Of a stretch of DNA of 64,000 nucleotides, positions 11,430 through 22,429 are shown piece by piece. The translations under genes were made by a program, and so were the position numbers. The DNA comes from Hyaloraphidium curvatum SAG 235-1 (lineage: Eukaryota > Fungi > Monoblepharomycota): positions 1-64,000 of the forward strand of contig JAIVFI010000016.1 of NCBI GenBank assembly GCA_025558095.1. The letters run 5' to 3'. Position 1 is the first letter of the stretch. Every line of letters starts with the position of its first letter. The notes below the pieces were generated by a model, which was not told where the DNA came from, did not search any database, and was given only the letters and a program-made list of their open reading frames with translations.

Positions 11430-12967
11430 ATGCCCTCCCGGAAAAACCTCCCGACACTCTCGGTCGGCCTCGCCGCGCTGCTGCTCGCCTCCCTGGTCGC
11501 CCCCGCCCGTTCCGTCGCCGTGTGGGTTCGGAGCCCGGCCCGACGCCGTGCTTCCCGCACTTACCCCGTCTTCTGACAGCCCTGGTGGCGGCGCGGCGCT
11601 CGTGATCTACCGACGGGGGTGCGGCGAGTGCCCGGAGGAGGCGTACTGCGAGTTCGGCTACCCCGGTGCGCCGGAGGGGCACGTCGGTGGGTTCCTGCGG
11701 GGCCCCGGGGCTGCGACAGGCGTCCTGATCTGTACCTCGCAGCCTGCGTCGCGAACGAGATCGAAGCCTCGCACCAGCTCTACCGCCGCTACACCCAACT
11801 TGGTACGCCTTCGCCACGCGGCTGATCACTTCCATCGACTTGCTGATCGATGTTTCCCTTCGCTCCCTCCAAAGACTCCTGCACCGCGTCCGCGGGGCGG
11901 AGCCTCGTTGTGGCCAAGATCGGCGACGGCACCTTCGACATCACGCAGAACACCTCGGCCCCCCTGACGCTCGACTTCCTCAACCCCTGCGACTTCTCCG
12001 TGCGCCGCACCCTGGCTTTTGACACCACCGGATCCAACGCCTTCACCACCTGGGGCACGCCGCGGCCCAACAGTGCCCTGATTCACTCGCCTTCCCTCGC
12101 TTCCGGCGAGGAGTCGACCTTCCTCCTGGTCCCGGGTTATCCGAAAGAGTCCGGTGACGCTGGTACGGGTACGGAAGCCGATTCCGTCGCGGCGGTTGTC
12201 GTAGATCCCGATGGCACAGTCAGGATCCGGTTTACCTTCGGACCGGCATGGGGGATGGGGCGCGGCATCACCGGTGCCTTCCCCTACAAAGGCAACGACG
12301 GATCGTGGAGGTTCGTCGGCAGCGGCTTGGACGGATTGGTCTCCTGCAAGCTCGACGGGACCGGCTACGAGGTCGTCCCCGTCGCTGGTCAGGACGCCCG
12401 CGGGTTCGCAGAGGACGATCGCGCGCCCATGTAGGTCGCCCTTTGCGTCTTGCCTGTGAGCAAAATGACCCGAGCACTTGAACCAGTTGGACGACCGCGG
12501 GCAGATCCGGTCTCAGGTTCATATTCCCCGCCTACAGGTCCTCAACGCCTTCCAACGGCGCTAGCCCGCTTTCCGGGCGCAACGGCGCGCAGTTCCTCTT
12601 CTGGCAATCTACCGAAGGCGGTGCCTATGATACCCTCTATTTTGCCGACATCAACGCGGCGTCTGCCAGCCCCTCCTTCGGCGGCGTGCAGAAGTGGACC
12701 CGGACCGCGACCTCTCCCGAAGCTTGGACTCGTCAGGCCAGGTTCTTCCCGTCGACGACCGCAGCAGGGTGCCGCGGCTTGGCCGTGTACCGGAACGGCA
12801 CGGACGTCGTCATCCTCACGACGACGGCCGAGACCGCGCCCAACAGGCTGATCCAGTTCATCGATACGGGCTACACCGGCGATACGGCCGTCACCGACTT
12901 CGAGGTCAAGGTGCCGGCCTCGCCGGGGATCGCCCTGCAAGGGCTGGCTTGGATCGTTCAGGAGTGA
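11430..12967 (+). CDS. Secreted protein: LYRRY module plus bacterial-type propeller-like domain (family member 2), 4 introns
   Basis: Signal peptide, then IYRRGCGECPEEAYCEFGYPGAPEGHV|ACVANEIEASHQLYRRY. Downstream: LVVAKIGDGT, FLLVPGY, DTLYFAD..GGVQKW, RGLAV, LIQFIDT. The frame is continuous after removing GT-AG introns. Confidence 0.8.
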
Positions 12968-13082
12968 GGCGTGCCCACTCTGCGGTGGTTACTGTTGGCG
13001 ACGAGAAGGGGATCTGCTGTTGGACTCTATCTTCTGTGTCAAGATGCACTACAGCTCGTAGAACTCGACGCCCTCGTTGCAT

Positions 13083-15026
13083 TTAGTACTCGAGGTCCTG
13101 CCCGTTCCAGAACGCCCCGTGGAACCCGAACCCGACCACGTGCCGCCCCGCCTCCGTCCCGTCGAACACGCACCGCGCCACCTCCTCCATCCGCGCCGCG
13201 TCGAGCACCACCAGCGCCGACGACGTCCTGGCCGCGTCGAAGCACACCGTCAGCAGCACGCCGTCGTCCTCCTCCGTTGCGCCGGGGCGCGGGACGAAGA
13301 TGGGCTCGGACGGGTACAGGCCGGGGGCCGACCAGGTCGTGCTCGTGTAGGCCTTGGCAATCGACTGGTGGGCCGTGGCGTCATTAGGCCCGGTGCGAGA
13401 GCGGCGGCAGAGCACAGAGACCCACCATCTTCTTGATCCCGGAAAACAGCCACACCTTCCCCTCCTCCTCTTCCCCCTGCGCGAGCGCATACACCCACCT
13501 CAGCCTCCCCGTCCCCGCCAGATCGGGATGGAACCTCGCCAGCTCCACCCCCGCCCCCGGATGCAGTACCTCCGGCACCACCCCATCCTTGACCCTCGCC
13601 ACCGCGGTCCCGGGCACGTCGTACCTCCCCGGGTCCGGGAACACGTACCGCCGCACGTCGCCGAACCGCGCCTGGCCCAGCTCCACGGTGCGGCGGGCGG
13701 TGCTCCGGACGAGGGAGGCGTCGTCGTAGCCGATCAGGGTGAGGACGAGGGAGCCGTCGGGGGCGTCGTAGGCGTCAATGGTGTCTGCGGTCGAATGGGA
13801 GATCGCTGGTAAGGTGTTTGGAGGTCCAAATGGAGCGGGAGACGCACGGAAGCACCACGCGGCGGGCGCGGTGTACAGGGCGACGAGGCGATTGTGTTTG
13901 CGCGAGATGAAGGCGAAGGTGGTACCCTTGCTGGGATCCCACTTGTAGGCGCCGACCAAGCTCCCGTGCCTTGAAGGGGGGCGGTAAGCGATCGTCCGGC
14001 ACCCATGCCTGTGCCGCCCACCAGAAGATACCCAGCCCGGACCCGAGATGGTACGGCCAGAACGGCATCACCACGAAGCGGTCCGTCATCGCGAACGAAT
14101 GAATGTAGGTCGTGGTGGGAGGCGTAAAGGACGCGATGATCTTGCCCTTGGGATCCTCGAGCGTCGTCGACAGCACCGTCATCTTCGGCGTCCCGCCGAG
14201 GGACATGGTGAAGTTGACCCGCTCCCCCGTCTTGAAATCGATCTGCCCGTGCGCGGCGCTCAACGGCCCCGGACCCATCTCCCGGTTCAGGTCCTGGTAT
14301 CCGTACAGCGCGACGGGCTCGAGGGTGACGGGGTCAAGCTGCTGCAGTTCGTTCACGTCCGTCTTGACCACCAGCGTGCGGGGCATCCCCGGCGCGGGCT
14401 TGCCCGGGGGCGGCGAAGGGATGGGAAAGTCGGGGGACACGGTCACACCGACGTTGCCGGAATCAACGGGCCGCTTGCTGGCCGGCGGCTGCGGGTTGGT
14501 GAAGCGGCTGTAGAATGACATGAAACGGCCGAGGAGCGAGACGCAGGGGTCCGTCTCCTGTCCGAACGAGACGGGCAGGCCGCCCTCGCGGCGGATGAGC
14601 TCCTCGACGCCCTTGGCCGTGTTGCGGTTCCGGTACAGGACCTTCTGGTCGGGCGTGATTTCAAATCGGTGGATTTGGCTCTGCGGCGGCCTTCAGCGGG
14701 ACCAACTGGGGTTTCGAGACAAGGAAACCCACGAGCCCGTCGAACCAGTGCGAGATCGAGTGCTTGGCCCGGCCCGTCTTCTTGGCCGCCTCGGGAGACA
14801 GTTCGACGTCGTATGTCCCCGGTCCCGCGCGGTACAGCACGCCGCGGAGCCACGTCGGCAGCTCCCCGCGGACGGCGAGCTCCACCGGCGCGGTGACTTC
14901 CGGGTTGTTGCGGAGCGCCTGGGCAAAGGGCGGCGGCGGCGGGCGCTGGGCGGACGAAGCGGGCGACAGCGCCGCGGCGACGTGGGCGACGCGGCGGCGC
15001 GCAGAATCGGCGTCGGAGTTCGGCAT
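13083..15026 (-). CDS. Carotenoid oxygenase (RPE65/CCO family), multi-intron
   Basis: GELPTWLRGVLYRAGPG, HWFDGL, SAAHG, YIHSFAMT, PSEPIFVPRPGATEEDDGVLL and GFHG; the iron-binding His residues are present. Confidence 0.92.
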
Positions 15027-15271
15027 TGCTGCGGTTCGGAAAGGAGCCGGCGCGGCCTTTTGGAGCTGGGCGACGGGCGACGCACGGAGCGTCGGCCGCG
15101 ACCCGGCGAAAGGCCCAATCTCCGTCCGGCCACAGCCACCTGGACGCAAGCTGGAGCATCCGGGTTGCCATCGCATCGCGATTCGACCGAGCTCGTGCGG
15201 CATGAAGACGGATAGCATTGCAGGAGTTTACAGATCGGCGTCTTCAAGCATCCCGGAGGGTCAGCAGGGGA

Positions 15272-16109
15272 TCACGGGCACTGTCCCGCCGGGCACGCCC
15301 CCTTGCTCCACACCACGCCGCCGGAGTAGGTTGAGGTGGCTCCTATGGAGCTGAAGTGGTAGCACCCCTGGGGGCTGGCGTTGTAAAAGAGCCCCTGGCA
15401 CGTCGAGTTTGCGGTGCACGACTCCCTGCACTGGGTCGCCGTCATCTCGGTGGAGGCGAATATCTGCGTCGAGCAGAAGAATTCCGGGACCTTGGCGCCG
15501 CAGTCCTGCATCGGGCACGTCGTACCCGGGCAGCTGCCCCTGGTTCTCATGACGGTGTTGGCAAAGAACGGGTCCGCCGGCTCCGAGGCACCGATGGCCC
15601 CGACCGTCGCGTAATGCAGGCACTTCTGTGGCAAACCGACGGGTTCGGCCCAGAGAAATCCGGCGCAGCTCGGGTCCAGGAAGCAGTCCATCTCGCACCC
15701 TGCCTCGTTGGTGTCCTTGGTGCGGAGTTCGGCGGAGCAGGACGCCCGCGGATAGCTGGTGCCGCATCGTACGAACGACTCGAACGGCGGGTCAGTATAC
15801 CGGCGGTACAGGGAATGTCGGTCGGCTGTCTCTGACACGCAGGCGACGTGGCCGGCGGGGCAGCCTTGGTAGGAAAACTCGCTGCGGGCCGAGGCGGTCA
15901 GCGCCCATCGCGACATCGGCATCGCCGTCCCACCAAAATTCGTAATCCTCGCACTGGGCGCACGAGCGGGCACACAGGACGCGGGGCTGGGCGGGCGCGG
16001 CGCCGGCGAGGCTGCGGTGCGGCGGGTGAGCGGTGCGCGGCGGGCCAGGCGGGGCCACCTACGCAGGGAAGAGCGCCGCCACGAGGGCGGACGCGGCGAG
16101 CGGGAGCAT
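15272..16109 (-). CDS. Secreted protein: LYRRY module plus two PAN/apple-like domains (family member 3), 2 introns
   Basis: MLPLAASALVAALFPA|LAG..LCARSCAQCEDYEFC|EFSYQGCPAGHVACVSETADRHSLYRRY, followed by two CxxxCxxxxxCxxF..C..(K/R)GxCP units. Confidence 0.85.
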
Positions 16110-16157
16110 GAGCGCTGTTTTTATTGGCGTTGGAGGTGAGTTCGTTTGGAGTTGTGG

Positions 16158-16186
16158 GAGTCACGCGCGGAGTCATTCGGGAGTCA
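16158..16186 (-). promoter_or_regulatory. Three TGACTC (Gcn4/AP-1-like) cores upstream of member 3
   Basis: GAGTCA at 16158, 16170 and 16181, which is 50-80 bp upstream of the ATG at 16109. Confidence 0.35.
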
Positions 16187-17254
16187 CAACCCTGAGGACC
16201 CGTTGGCTGTGCAGTCCGACCGATCGCTCGAGCCGGCACGTGTCACATTAGTTTCTCGTCGTCTACCATAGCAACATCACGTTTCATTGCCGCACGATCC
16301 AAGCACGCCCTTGGAGCGCGGCCGATCCACGCGGCTTGTCCGGGAAGGACGTGACCTGCACCGCGCTGCCCATGTTCTTGTGTCACATGACGAAAAACCC
16401 CAAATGCCTGCCTGTAAAGTGTTTTGGCGGTCGTTGTTCGAGCATGACGCCGTCCATGACGAGAGCGGCCGGTGCGCGGCCCGGCGCCTCGCCACCGGCG
16501 GCGGGCGGCGGGGCGGCGAACGGGGCGGATCGACCTCCCAGACGGATGACACTGCACGACATCCCCTATTGTCGATGCCCGCGGTTCGGACGGTCCTCGC
16601 GCGCCGCAAACAAGCGCGCTTCGGTCACGGCGGCGAGATTCGTCCGTCCCTCGAACCAGCCCGGCATGGGGTTGCGTGCGGCAAGTCGTCCGCCCACGTC
16701 GGGGAACTGCTTCGGCGCCGACATCGCCCAATCCCCGTGCGAATCTCCATCCACGGGCCGGTCATCAACGAATCCTGTGCCGTCGCCTCGTTTTCTCGCG
16801 ACACGGTGGTCGGTCACTAGCCACCCGCGGCGGCTTCTGCCCTCACTCCCCGACCGCGCTCCCGAACTGCAGGCGGCGCTCCCAGCCCCTCCAACGGGGC
16901 GTCTTTTGTCGCATTGCGTGCCTGTCCCAAGGTGATGTGCCTCGATGGCGCTGAGGTTTCGCCCGGCGGCGGTTTCACGGCGGCAACAACGCCGCCCGCC
17001 ATCGGGACCGACGTGCCGCACGCCGTCTCCGAACGCCCCGCATCGCATCGCCAGCCCGTGAGGAGCGCGTCCGATGCACTCCAAAAAATGACGCGCAACG
17101 GATGGCTGCCGTCAGGTCCGTCCCCGGGGCGATCGGCTCGTGCGCGGAACAGCGGGCCGACTTGGCGGCCCGATTTTCGATCGGGCGGCTGCCGCCCACA
17201 ACAAGGGAAATCGAGGGAACCGGCAAACTCGCCATCCCCCCGCATCCCTCCGCG

Positions 17255-17979
17255 ATGGCCCGAACCCTCACCTTGACGGCCTTTGTCTTGGCGTTCGCGC
17301 TGCTCGCCGGCGCGGCGCCCGCGGGCACGTGCGCCGCGCTCGCCCGCGAGGGCCCTATCGGGTGCTGACCTGCCGCAGCGCGCCCGCCCCCGCAGGTCCC
17401 GCGGTGCTCTTCCGCCGCAGCTGCGGGGACTGCCCCTTCGACGCGTACTGGTATGTGCCGATCGGGACCCGCCCGCCGCCCGCGCCCCGGACCGCGCTGA
17501 CCCACCCGCCGCCACCCGGCCGCTCCCCCACCCCCCGATCCCTCGAACCACCGCCCGCCGTTCCCCCGCCATCCAGCGAGTTCGGCCACCCCGACGCCCC
17601 CGAGGACCACGTCGCCTGCGTGGAGCAGACGCAGGAGGCCTCCCACGCCCTGTACAGGCGCTACGACACCTCCGACCTCTACTACAACTGCACCACCCTC
17701 CCCGGCTGGGAGCCGGGCGTCACCTGCGGCACGGCGACCGCAGCGAGCAACCCCACGGAGATCATCGACGTTGCCAACGTGGCGGCATGCAGGAAGATCT
17801 GTGACGAGGAGCCGACGTGCGCGGTCTTCTGGCTCATCGGGGCCAGTCCGGCGTCGTGCTTCTGGTACACGGCCGCGCAATGCACCACCCGCTGCAACAG
17901 TGGTGCGGAGGACATCTCCTTCCCGTTCAAGAAGACCCTGGGATCGTGCCCGAGCACGAACTGCACCGCTTCCGGCTGA
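17255..17979 (+). CDS. Secreted protein: LYRRY module plus PAN/apple-like domain (family member 4), 2 introns
   Basis: MARTLTLTAFVLAFALLAG..LFRRSCGDCPFDAYC|EFGHPDAPEDHVACVEQTQEASHALYRRY..CRKICDEEPTCAVF..C..GSCP. Confidence 0.85.
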
Positions 17980-18316
17980 CGGTCAGGTGCAGCGCGTTTT
18001 GCGGGAGCTGGCAACCAACACGAACGGGCAGTGCCACGGGGTGGCACACACCGGCCGCTGCCTACATCCTCGGGTCCGTCCCCAGCCACCGCCGCATCCC
18101 ACCATTCCCCCTGCCCGTCCATCCACACCCTCCGTCCTCCTCCAGCAGCCGCGTCAAGCAGGGCGACCCGCACCCACTCGCCGCCCTGCCCCCCCTTCCT
18201 CCGCAGGGCCGGGGCATTCCGGGTAAGGCAGCGTCCTGGCACGTCACCGGGAGTGACCATGCCGCAGCCGCGCATCCGCACCCGCCTCCGACCCCGAAGC
18301 ACGCCCGGCCGGGCCG

Positions 18317-19813
18317 TCAGTACACCGCGACCCCCGCGACCTGCACCCCCTCCCCGCTCGTCAGGTTCAGCACGCCCCTCCCGGCCCCGGCGGGCAGCGT
18401 GCAGTTGCACACCATCGTGTACAAGGGCGCCCCCAGCGCCCTCGGCGCGAACTCGCACCTCGTCCCGGCAAACTCGCCCAGCAGCGCGCCGCTCGCGCCG
18501 TACGCCAGCACGCAGAGTTCCCCGGCCCCGACGGCGTCGACGTCGAACGCGATCCACGCGTCGTCGGAAGCCGGGGTGTAGGTCCGCTTGGTGTCGGTGC
18601 GGGCGGTGCCGAAGCCGTTGGTCTCGCGGTACTCGCGGAGGGGGAAGGCGTGGGAGGAGAGGGGACCGAGGGAGGGGGAGTGCGTGTGGGTGAGGGTGAG
18701 GTTGCAGCGCGGGGCGGGGGGTGGGGCGGCGGTGGCGTTGGAGGGCGCCCGGGAGGGGGGGGGAGGGCGTTCCGTGGCGTCGATCTCGACCGCCACATCC
18801 TCCTCGTCGAGCCACTCGCCCAGGTCCCCGCACTCGGCTCCCGCCTCGTCCTCGCTGGCGAGCCGGAAGGCGTCCCAGATGTAGTCACCAAAGAGGTTGT
18901 GGCCAAAGACCCCGAAATGCGGGTCGCCCGCGTAGGCAAACAGCTGCTTGCTCCACTCGCGCAGCAGCTCCAGCGTCCGCCCCGTGGCGTTGGGGAACCC
19001 CTCGACGACGGCTGGGTCCGTCGGGTCCGGGCTGCCCGGCAGGGCGGCCGCCACGCCGTGCAGCCACGACACCAGGGGGAGGTCCAGCTTGCGCGCCGCC
19101 GCGAGCTGCACGGGAAACAGCGTACGCCACCTGCACCTCGCGCCCTCGCGCTGCGGCACCTGCCCAAGGCACGGCTGGAACACGGCGCCCGCGAGCACCA
19201 CGGCGGCGGTGCCGTTGCGCGAGCGGCCGGGGGCGCGCAGCAGCGTGTCCAGGAACGAGGCGTACTTGCCCGCGTCCAGGCCGAAGCGCTCGCCGGGCAC
19301 GTCGAGCGCCATGTTCTCCTGGAACTCCGCGACCCACACGTCGGGCATCTCGCCGTCTGCGGTGACGAGGGCGTGGATGTTTTCGAGGCACAGCATGGGC
19401 AGCGTGTAGTCCGACGCGCCCTGCGCCAGGCTGACGACGTCGGCGCCGTATGCCGCGGCGATCGTGCCGGGGCGCTCCCTCAATAGTTTTTGGAGCACGC
19501 CGGGGAAGGCCAGCGAGGCGTCGGGCACACCGGCGCCGGCCGAGAACGAGCCGCCCAGCACGCCGACCCGCAATGGACGCCCCGCGGCCGCCGCGGTGCG
19601 CATCGCACGTCTCAGACGGCACAGCGAGCCCCGGTGGGCGAGGGCACGTGAGCGCGAGGCGCCGAGACCTGACGCGTCCCACGGCGCGGGCGGCGGGGGA
19701 GGGGGACGCGGGCGGAGTGCCGCCGGCGAATCGCCGGGCGGGAACAGGTAGAGCGGCAACAGGAGGAGCGCGACCACGGCCGGGAGCGCCCCCGCCCACG
19801 CTGGGCCCCGCAT
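18317..19813 (-). CDS. Membrane-anchored SGNH/GDSL hydrolase-like protein (fungal CAS3/CAP64-like)
   Basis: N-terminal hydrophobic anchor, block I RVGVLGGSFSAGAG, AQGASD, DVWVAEFQEN and DPHF..GH. Confidence 0.7.
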   Translation of the reverse strand: MRGPAWAGALPAVVALLLLPLYLFPPGDSPAALRPRPPPPPPAPWDASGLGASRSRALAHRGSLCRLRRAMRTAAAAGRPLRVGVLGGSFSAGAGVPDASLAFPGVLQKLLRERPGTIAAAYGADVVSLAQGASDYTLPMLCLENIHALVTADGEMPDVWVAEFQENMALDVPGERFGLDAGKYASFLDTLLRAPGRSRNGTAAVVLAGAVFQPCLGQVPQREGARCRWRTLFPVQLAAARKLDLPLVSWLHGVAAALPGSPDPTDPAVVEGFPNATGRTLELLREWSKQLFAYAGDPHFGVFGHNLFGDYIWDAFRLASEDEAGAECGDLGEWLDEEDVAVEIDATERPPPPSRAPSNATAAPPPAPRCNLTLTHTHSPSLGPLSSHAFPLREYRETNGFGTARTDTKRTYTPASDDAWIAFDVDAVGAGELCVLAYGASGALLGEFAGTRCEFAPRALGAPLYTMVCNCTLPAGAGRGVLNLTSGEGVQVAGVAVY

Positions 19814-19851
19814 TTGTCGGGAGGGACTCTGGGTTTGTGGGTTGACGCTAG

Positions 19852-19945
19852 CTAAGCCCGAATTCCTCTGGTATCGACCGGGCCTTAGCGAGCATTTCTC
19901 TGGTATCGACCACACTTTAGCCAGCATTTCCCTGCTATCGAGGGG
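19852..19945. promoter_or_regulatory. Three ~32-bp direct repeats in a 155-bp divergent intergenic region
   Basis: ctaagcccgaattcctctggtatcgacc / cttagcgagcatttctctggtatcgacc / tttagccagcatttccctgctatcgagg. Confidence 0.6.
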
Positions 19946-19968
19946 TGTCTCCCGCTGCCCGCCTCTCG

Positions 19969-21786
19969 ATGCCGGTCTCTTCTCTGCGCCTGCTCCGCCG
20001 CGGCCCCGCGTTCGGCGGGCGCGCCTTCCGCTGTGGCGCGTACGAGCTGCTCGTCTGCGTCGCGGAAGGGACGGCGGCGGGGCAGCCGTTCGCCGTCGAC
20101 GTCGTTCTCCTTCGGCCCGCCGATTCCGCTGCCGCACAAACGCTCTTTTTCGAGGTCACCAACCGCGGAAACCCGCTGTCGCTCTTCCTGTTCTGCGACG
20201 CCCCCCGGCACGCCTCGTTCGCCGACCTCACCAGGCCCGAGGGCGCCGGCAACGGCTTTCTGTTCGACCTCGGGCTTGCCGTCGCGTGGACGGGGTGGCT
20301 GGGCACGATTCCGTGCTGGGGCACTTCCGATGCGGCCATGAACGTGAGGGACGCGTTTCCGGTGCTGCTTGGGACAAGTTTCCCCATGCTGGAGGGCGTG
20401 CAGGGGCGAGTGACAGAAGAGGCCGTCTTTGACCCTCCCTTTGCGCCCCGCGCCGTGATCCCGCTTGCCTACAAGCTCAATCGGACGTCGCCGGACTTTC
20501 GTATGACGGTCCGGGAGTCGCCGTCGGACCCCGAGGTCCAGGTCCCGCAGGACCTGTTCGCACCCTCGCGGCCGGGCAAGTCGGCCGTCCTCAAGCTCGA
20601 CGTCTCCAAACCCTTCGAACTCGGCGGCCGCACCTTCCACCCATCGGCCTGCATATTCACGCTGACGTACACCGCCGCCGACCCGCCCGCGATGGCATTG
20701 GGGTTCGATGCCACCCGCGACGTCCTCTCGCACCTGAAGCGCGCCGCCCTCTCCCCGGACCTCCTCCCCAACCATACCCCGCTTCCCTGCGCCGCGTTCG
20801 GGTACTCCCAATCCGGCCGCTTCCTGCGCTCGCTGCTGCACGAGTGCGGCAACCTGGACCCGTCCTCCGCGGGCGACGCCCCTGCCTCGCGTCGCCTGAT
20901 CGACCTCTGCCACCCCTTCGTCGCCGGCGCCCGCCTCCTCTCGCTCTCCTCCCCCTTCCCCTTCCCCGGGCGCTTCCCCCGCGCCTACGAGGACCATTCT
21001 TTCGTCCTCCCCTCCGCCGGCCGGCCGCACGCGTACCTCCCATCCTCCGCGGGACCGGGCATCCTCTCCCGCTGCCTCGACGAGGGCACGGCCCCCTTGC
21101 TCGTGCACGCTGACAGCTCCAACGAGTTCTGGCAGGGCTGGTCGTCGCTCCTCGGCCCTCCCCCCGCGGCGGACGCGGGCGTGAGGATGGTGCTGCTGCC
21201 GGCGTGCCCGCACTCGCCCGCGCCGGACTCGCCGCGGAGGTTGGAGCCCTTTGCGCACGGGGTCAACAGGCTCGACTACAGGCCCGCGCTGCGGGCCGTG
21301 CTCGCCGCCTCGCTGGGATGGCTCGCGGGCGGCCGGCCCCCGCCCAGCGCGTGGCCCTCGGCCCTTGCCCCCGCCTCCTCCCTCCCCGCGCTCCATCCCG
21401 ACCTCCCCTTCCCCGAAGCCAGCAACGCGCCGCACCCCTCCCTCCCCACGATGGTCCCCCTGCCCGGCGGGCCGGCGGCGGCCGAGGACGGCTGGCCGCT
21501 CGCGCAGCTCGCGGTCCCGCTCGGGAAATACGCGGGGTGGAACGTGCGCGTGCTTCCCGGCGGTCGGAGGGTGCTGGGGAGCATCCACGGGTCGTTCCTC
21601 CCCTTTTCGGTGGAGGAAGCGGCGCGGATGTATCCGGGCGGGAGGGACGAGTTCGTGCGGCGGACGGGGGAGTGGGTGAGGGGGGCGGTGGAGGGCGGGT
21701 GGTTGCTGGAGGGGGACACGGAGGGGATGGTGAAGGCGCAGGGGAAGCTGTGGGATGCGGTGGTCGGGGGGAGGGCGAGGTTGTAG
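19969..21786 (+). CDS. Bacterial-type alpha/beta hydrolase domain protein (Abhydrolase_10-like), intronless
   Basis: FEVTNRGN, GNGFL..AVAWTGW, nucleophile GYSQSGRFLR, SSNEFW, LAVPLGKYAGWNVR and GSFLPF..YP. Confidence 0.8.
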   Translation: MPVSSLRLLRRGPAFGGRAFRCGAYELLVCVAEGTAAGQPFAVDVVLLRPADSAAAQTLFFEVTNRGNPLSLFLFCDAPRHASFADLTRPEGAGNGFLFDLGLAVAWTGWLGTIPCWGTSDAAMNVRDAFPVLLGTSFPMLEGVQGRVTEEAVFDPPFAPRAVIPLAYKLNRTSPDFRMTVRESPSDPEVQVPQDLFAPSRPGKSAVLKLDVSKPFELGGRTFHPSACIFTLTYTAADPPAMALGFDATRDVLSHLKRAALSPDLLPNHTPLPCAAFGYSQSGRFLRSLLHECGNLDPSSAGDAPASRRLIDLCHPFVAGARLLSLSSPFPFPGRFPRAYEDHSFVLPSAGRPHAYLPSSAGPGILSRCLDEGTAPLLVHADSSNEFWQGWSSLLGPPPAADAGVRMVLLPACPHSPAPDSPRRLEPFAHGVNRLDYRPALRAVLAASLGWLAGGRPPPSAWPSALAPASSLPALHPDLPFPEASNAPHPSLPTMVPLPGGPAAAEDGWPLAQLAVPLGKYAGWNVRVLPGGRRVLGSIHGSFLPFSVEEAARMYPGGRDEFVRRTGEWVRGAVEGGWLLEGDTEGMVKAQGKLWDAVVGGRARL

Positions 21787-22039
21787 GTCGGCGCGACGTC
21801 CACTGCGAAGGATTGCCGAAGACGTATCGAATGCCGCCCTCGTAGCATTCAAGCGCCTTTTGTTGGGCGATTGTTGTCAAGGACGATGCCGACCGACGTG
21901 CGGGCCTACAGTTCCCACGCTGACACACCCCATTCACCGTCGCCAAGGAGCCATGGAAACCACGCCCATCGGGATAGCCGCCTACGATGGCAGCAGCATG
22001 GATTTAGGTTAGAGCGACGGTCATACGCAAGTACGCTCT

Positions 22040-22272
22040 TTTCGCGCCTTGATTACAAGGGCAATGGCTGGGGCTGGCCCGAAATCGGTGGGATTGGTGA
22101 AGTGCTGGATCCGGGTGCGGGGGTTCTCGAAAGACGCTGGGACACCTCGTTCATTGTCATTTTGTCCAGGATCTACGTTCACGATTCTTTTCGTTCGCCG
22201 GAGGGTGATGCGACAGAGGCAGAGAACAGGGACCTATTCGACGAACCCGTGTGGGACGACGCTCCGTTTTAG
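22040..22272 (+). pseudogene. 3' remnant of TRAF-like gene (end of MATH domain)
   Basis: GNGWGWPEI..VLDPGAGVLE..RIYVHDS..EPVWDDAPF* matches the C-termini of the three larger paralogs. No RING or zinc-finger part lies upstream. Confidence 0.65.
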
Positions 22273-22429
22273 GCAACCCAATTGCTGTACTATAGGATTC
22301 GCAAGCAATAACCGGATGCGTAGTGACGCGCTGTCCGGTCTTGCCCTACTCGCTTCCTTGTCCCTCGATGGTCGAGTCGGGTGCGGTGCGACCGCCAGAT
22401 CACCGTTTCGTGCCACCCATCCTCGAACA

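Noticed and set aside
14970-15000. PTS2-like RRVAHVAAAL in the carotenoid oxygenase N-terminus
   Set aside because: It lacks the required H/Q at position 8 of the PTS2 consensus.
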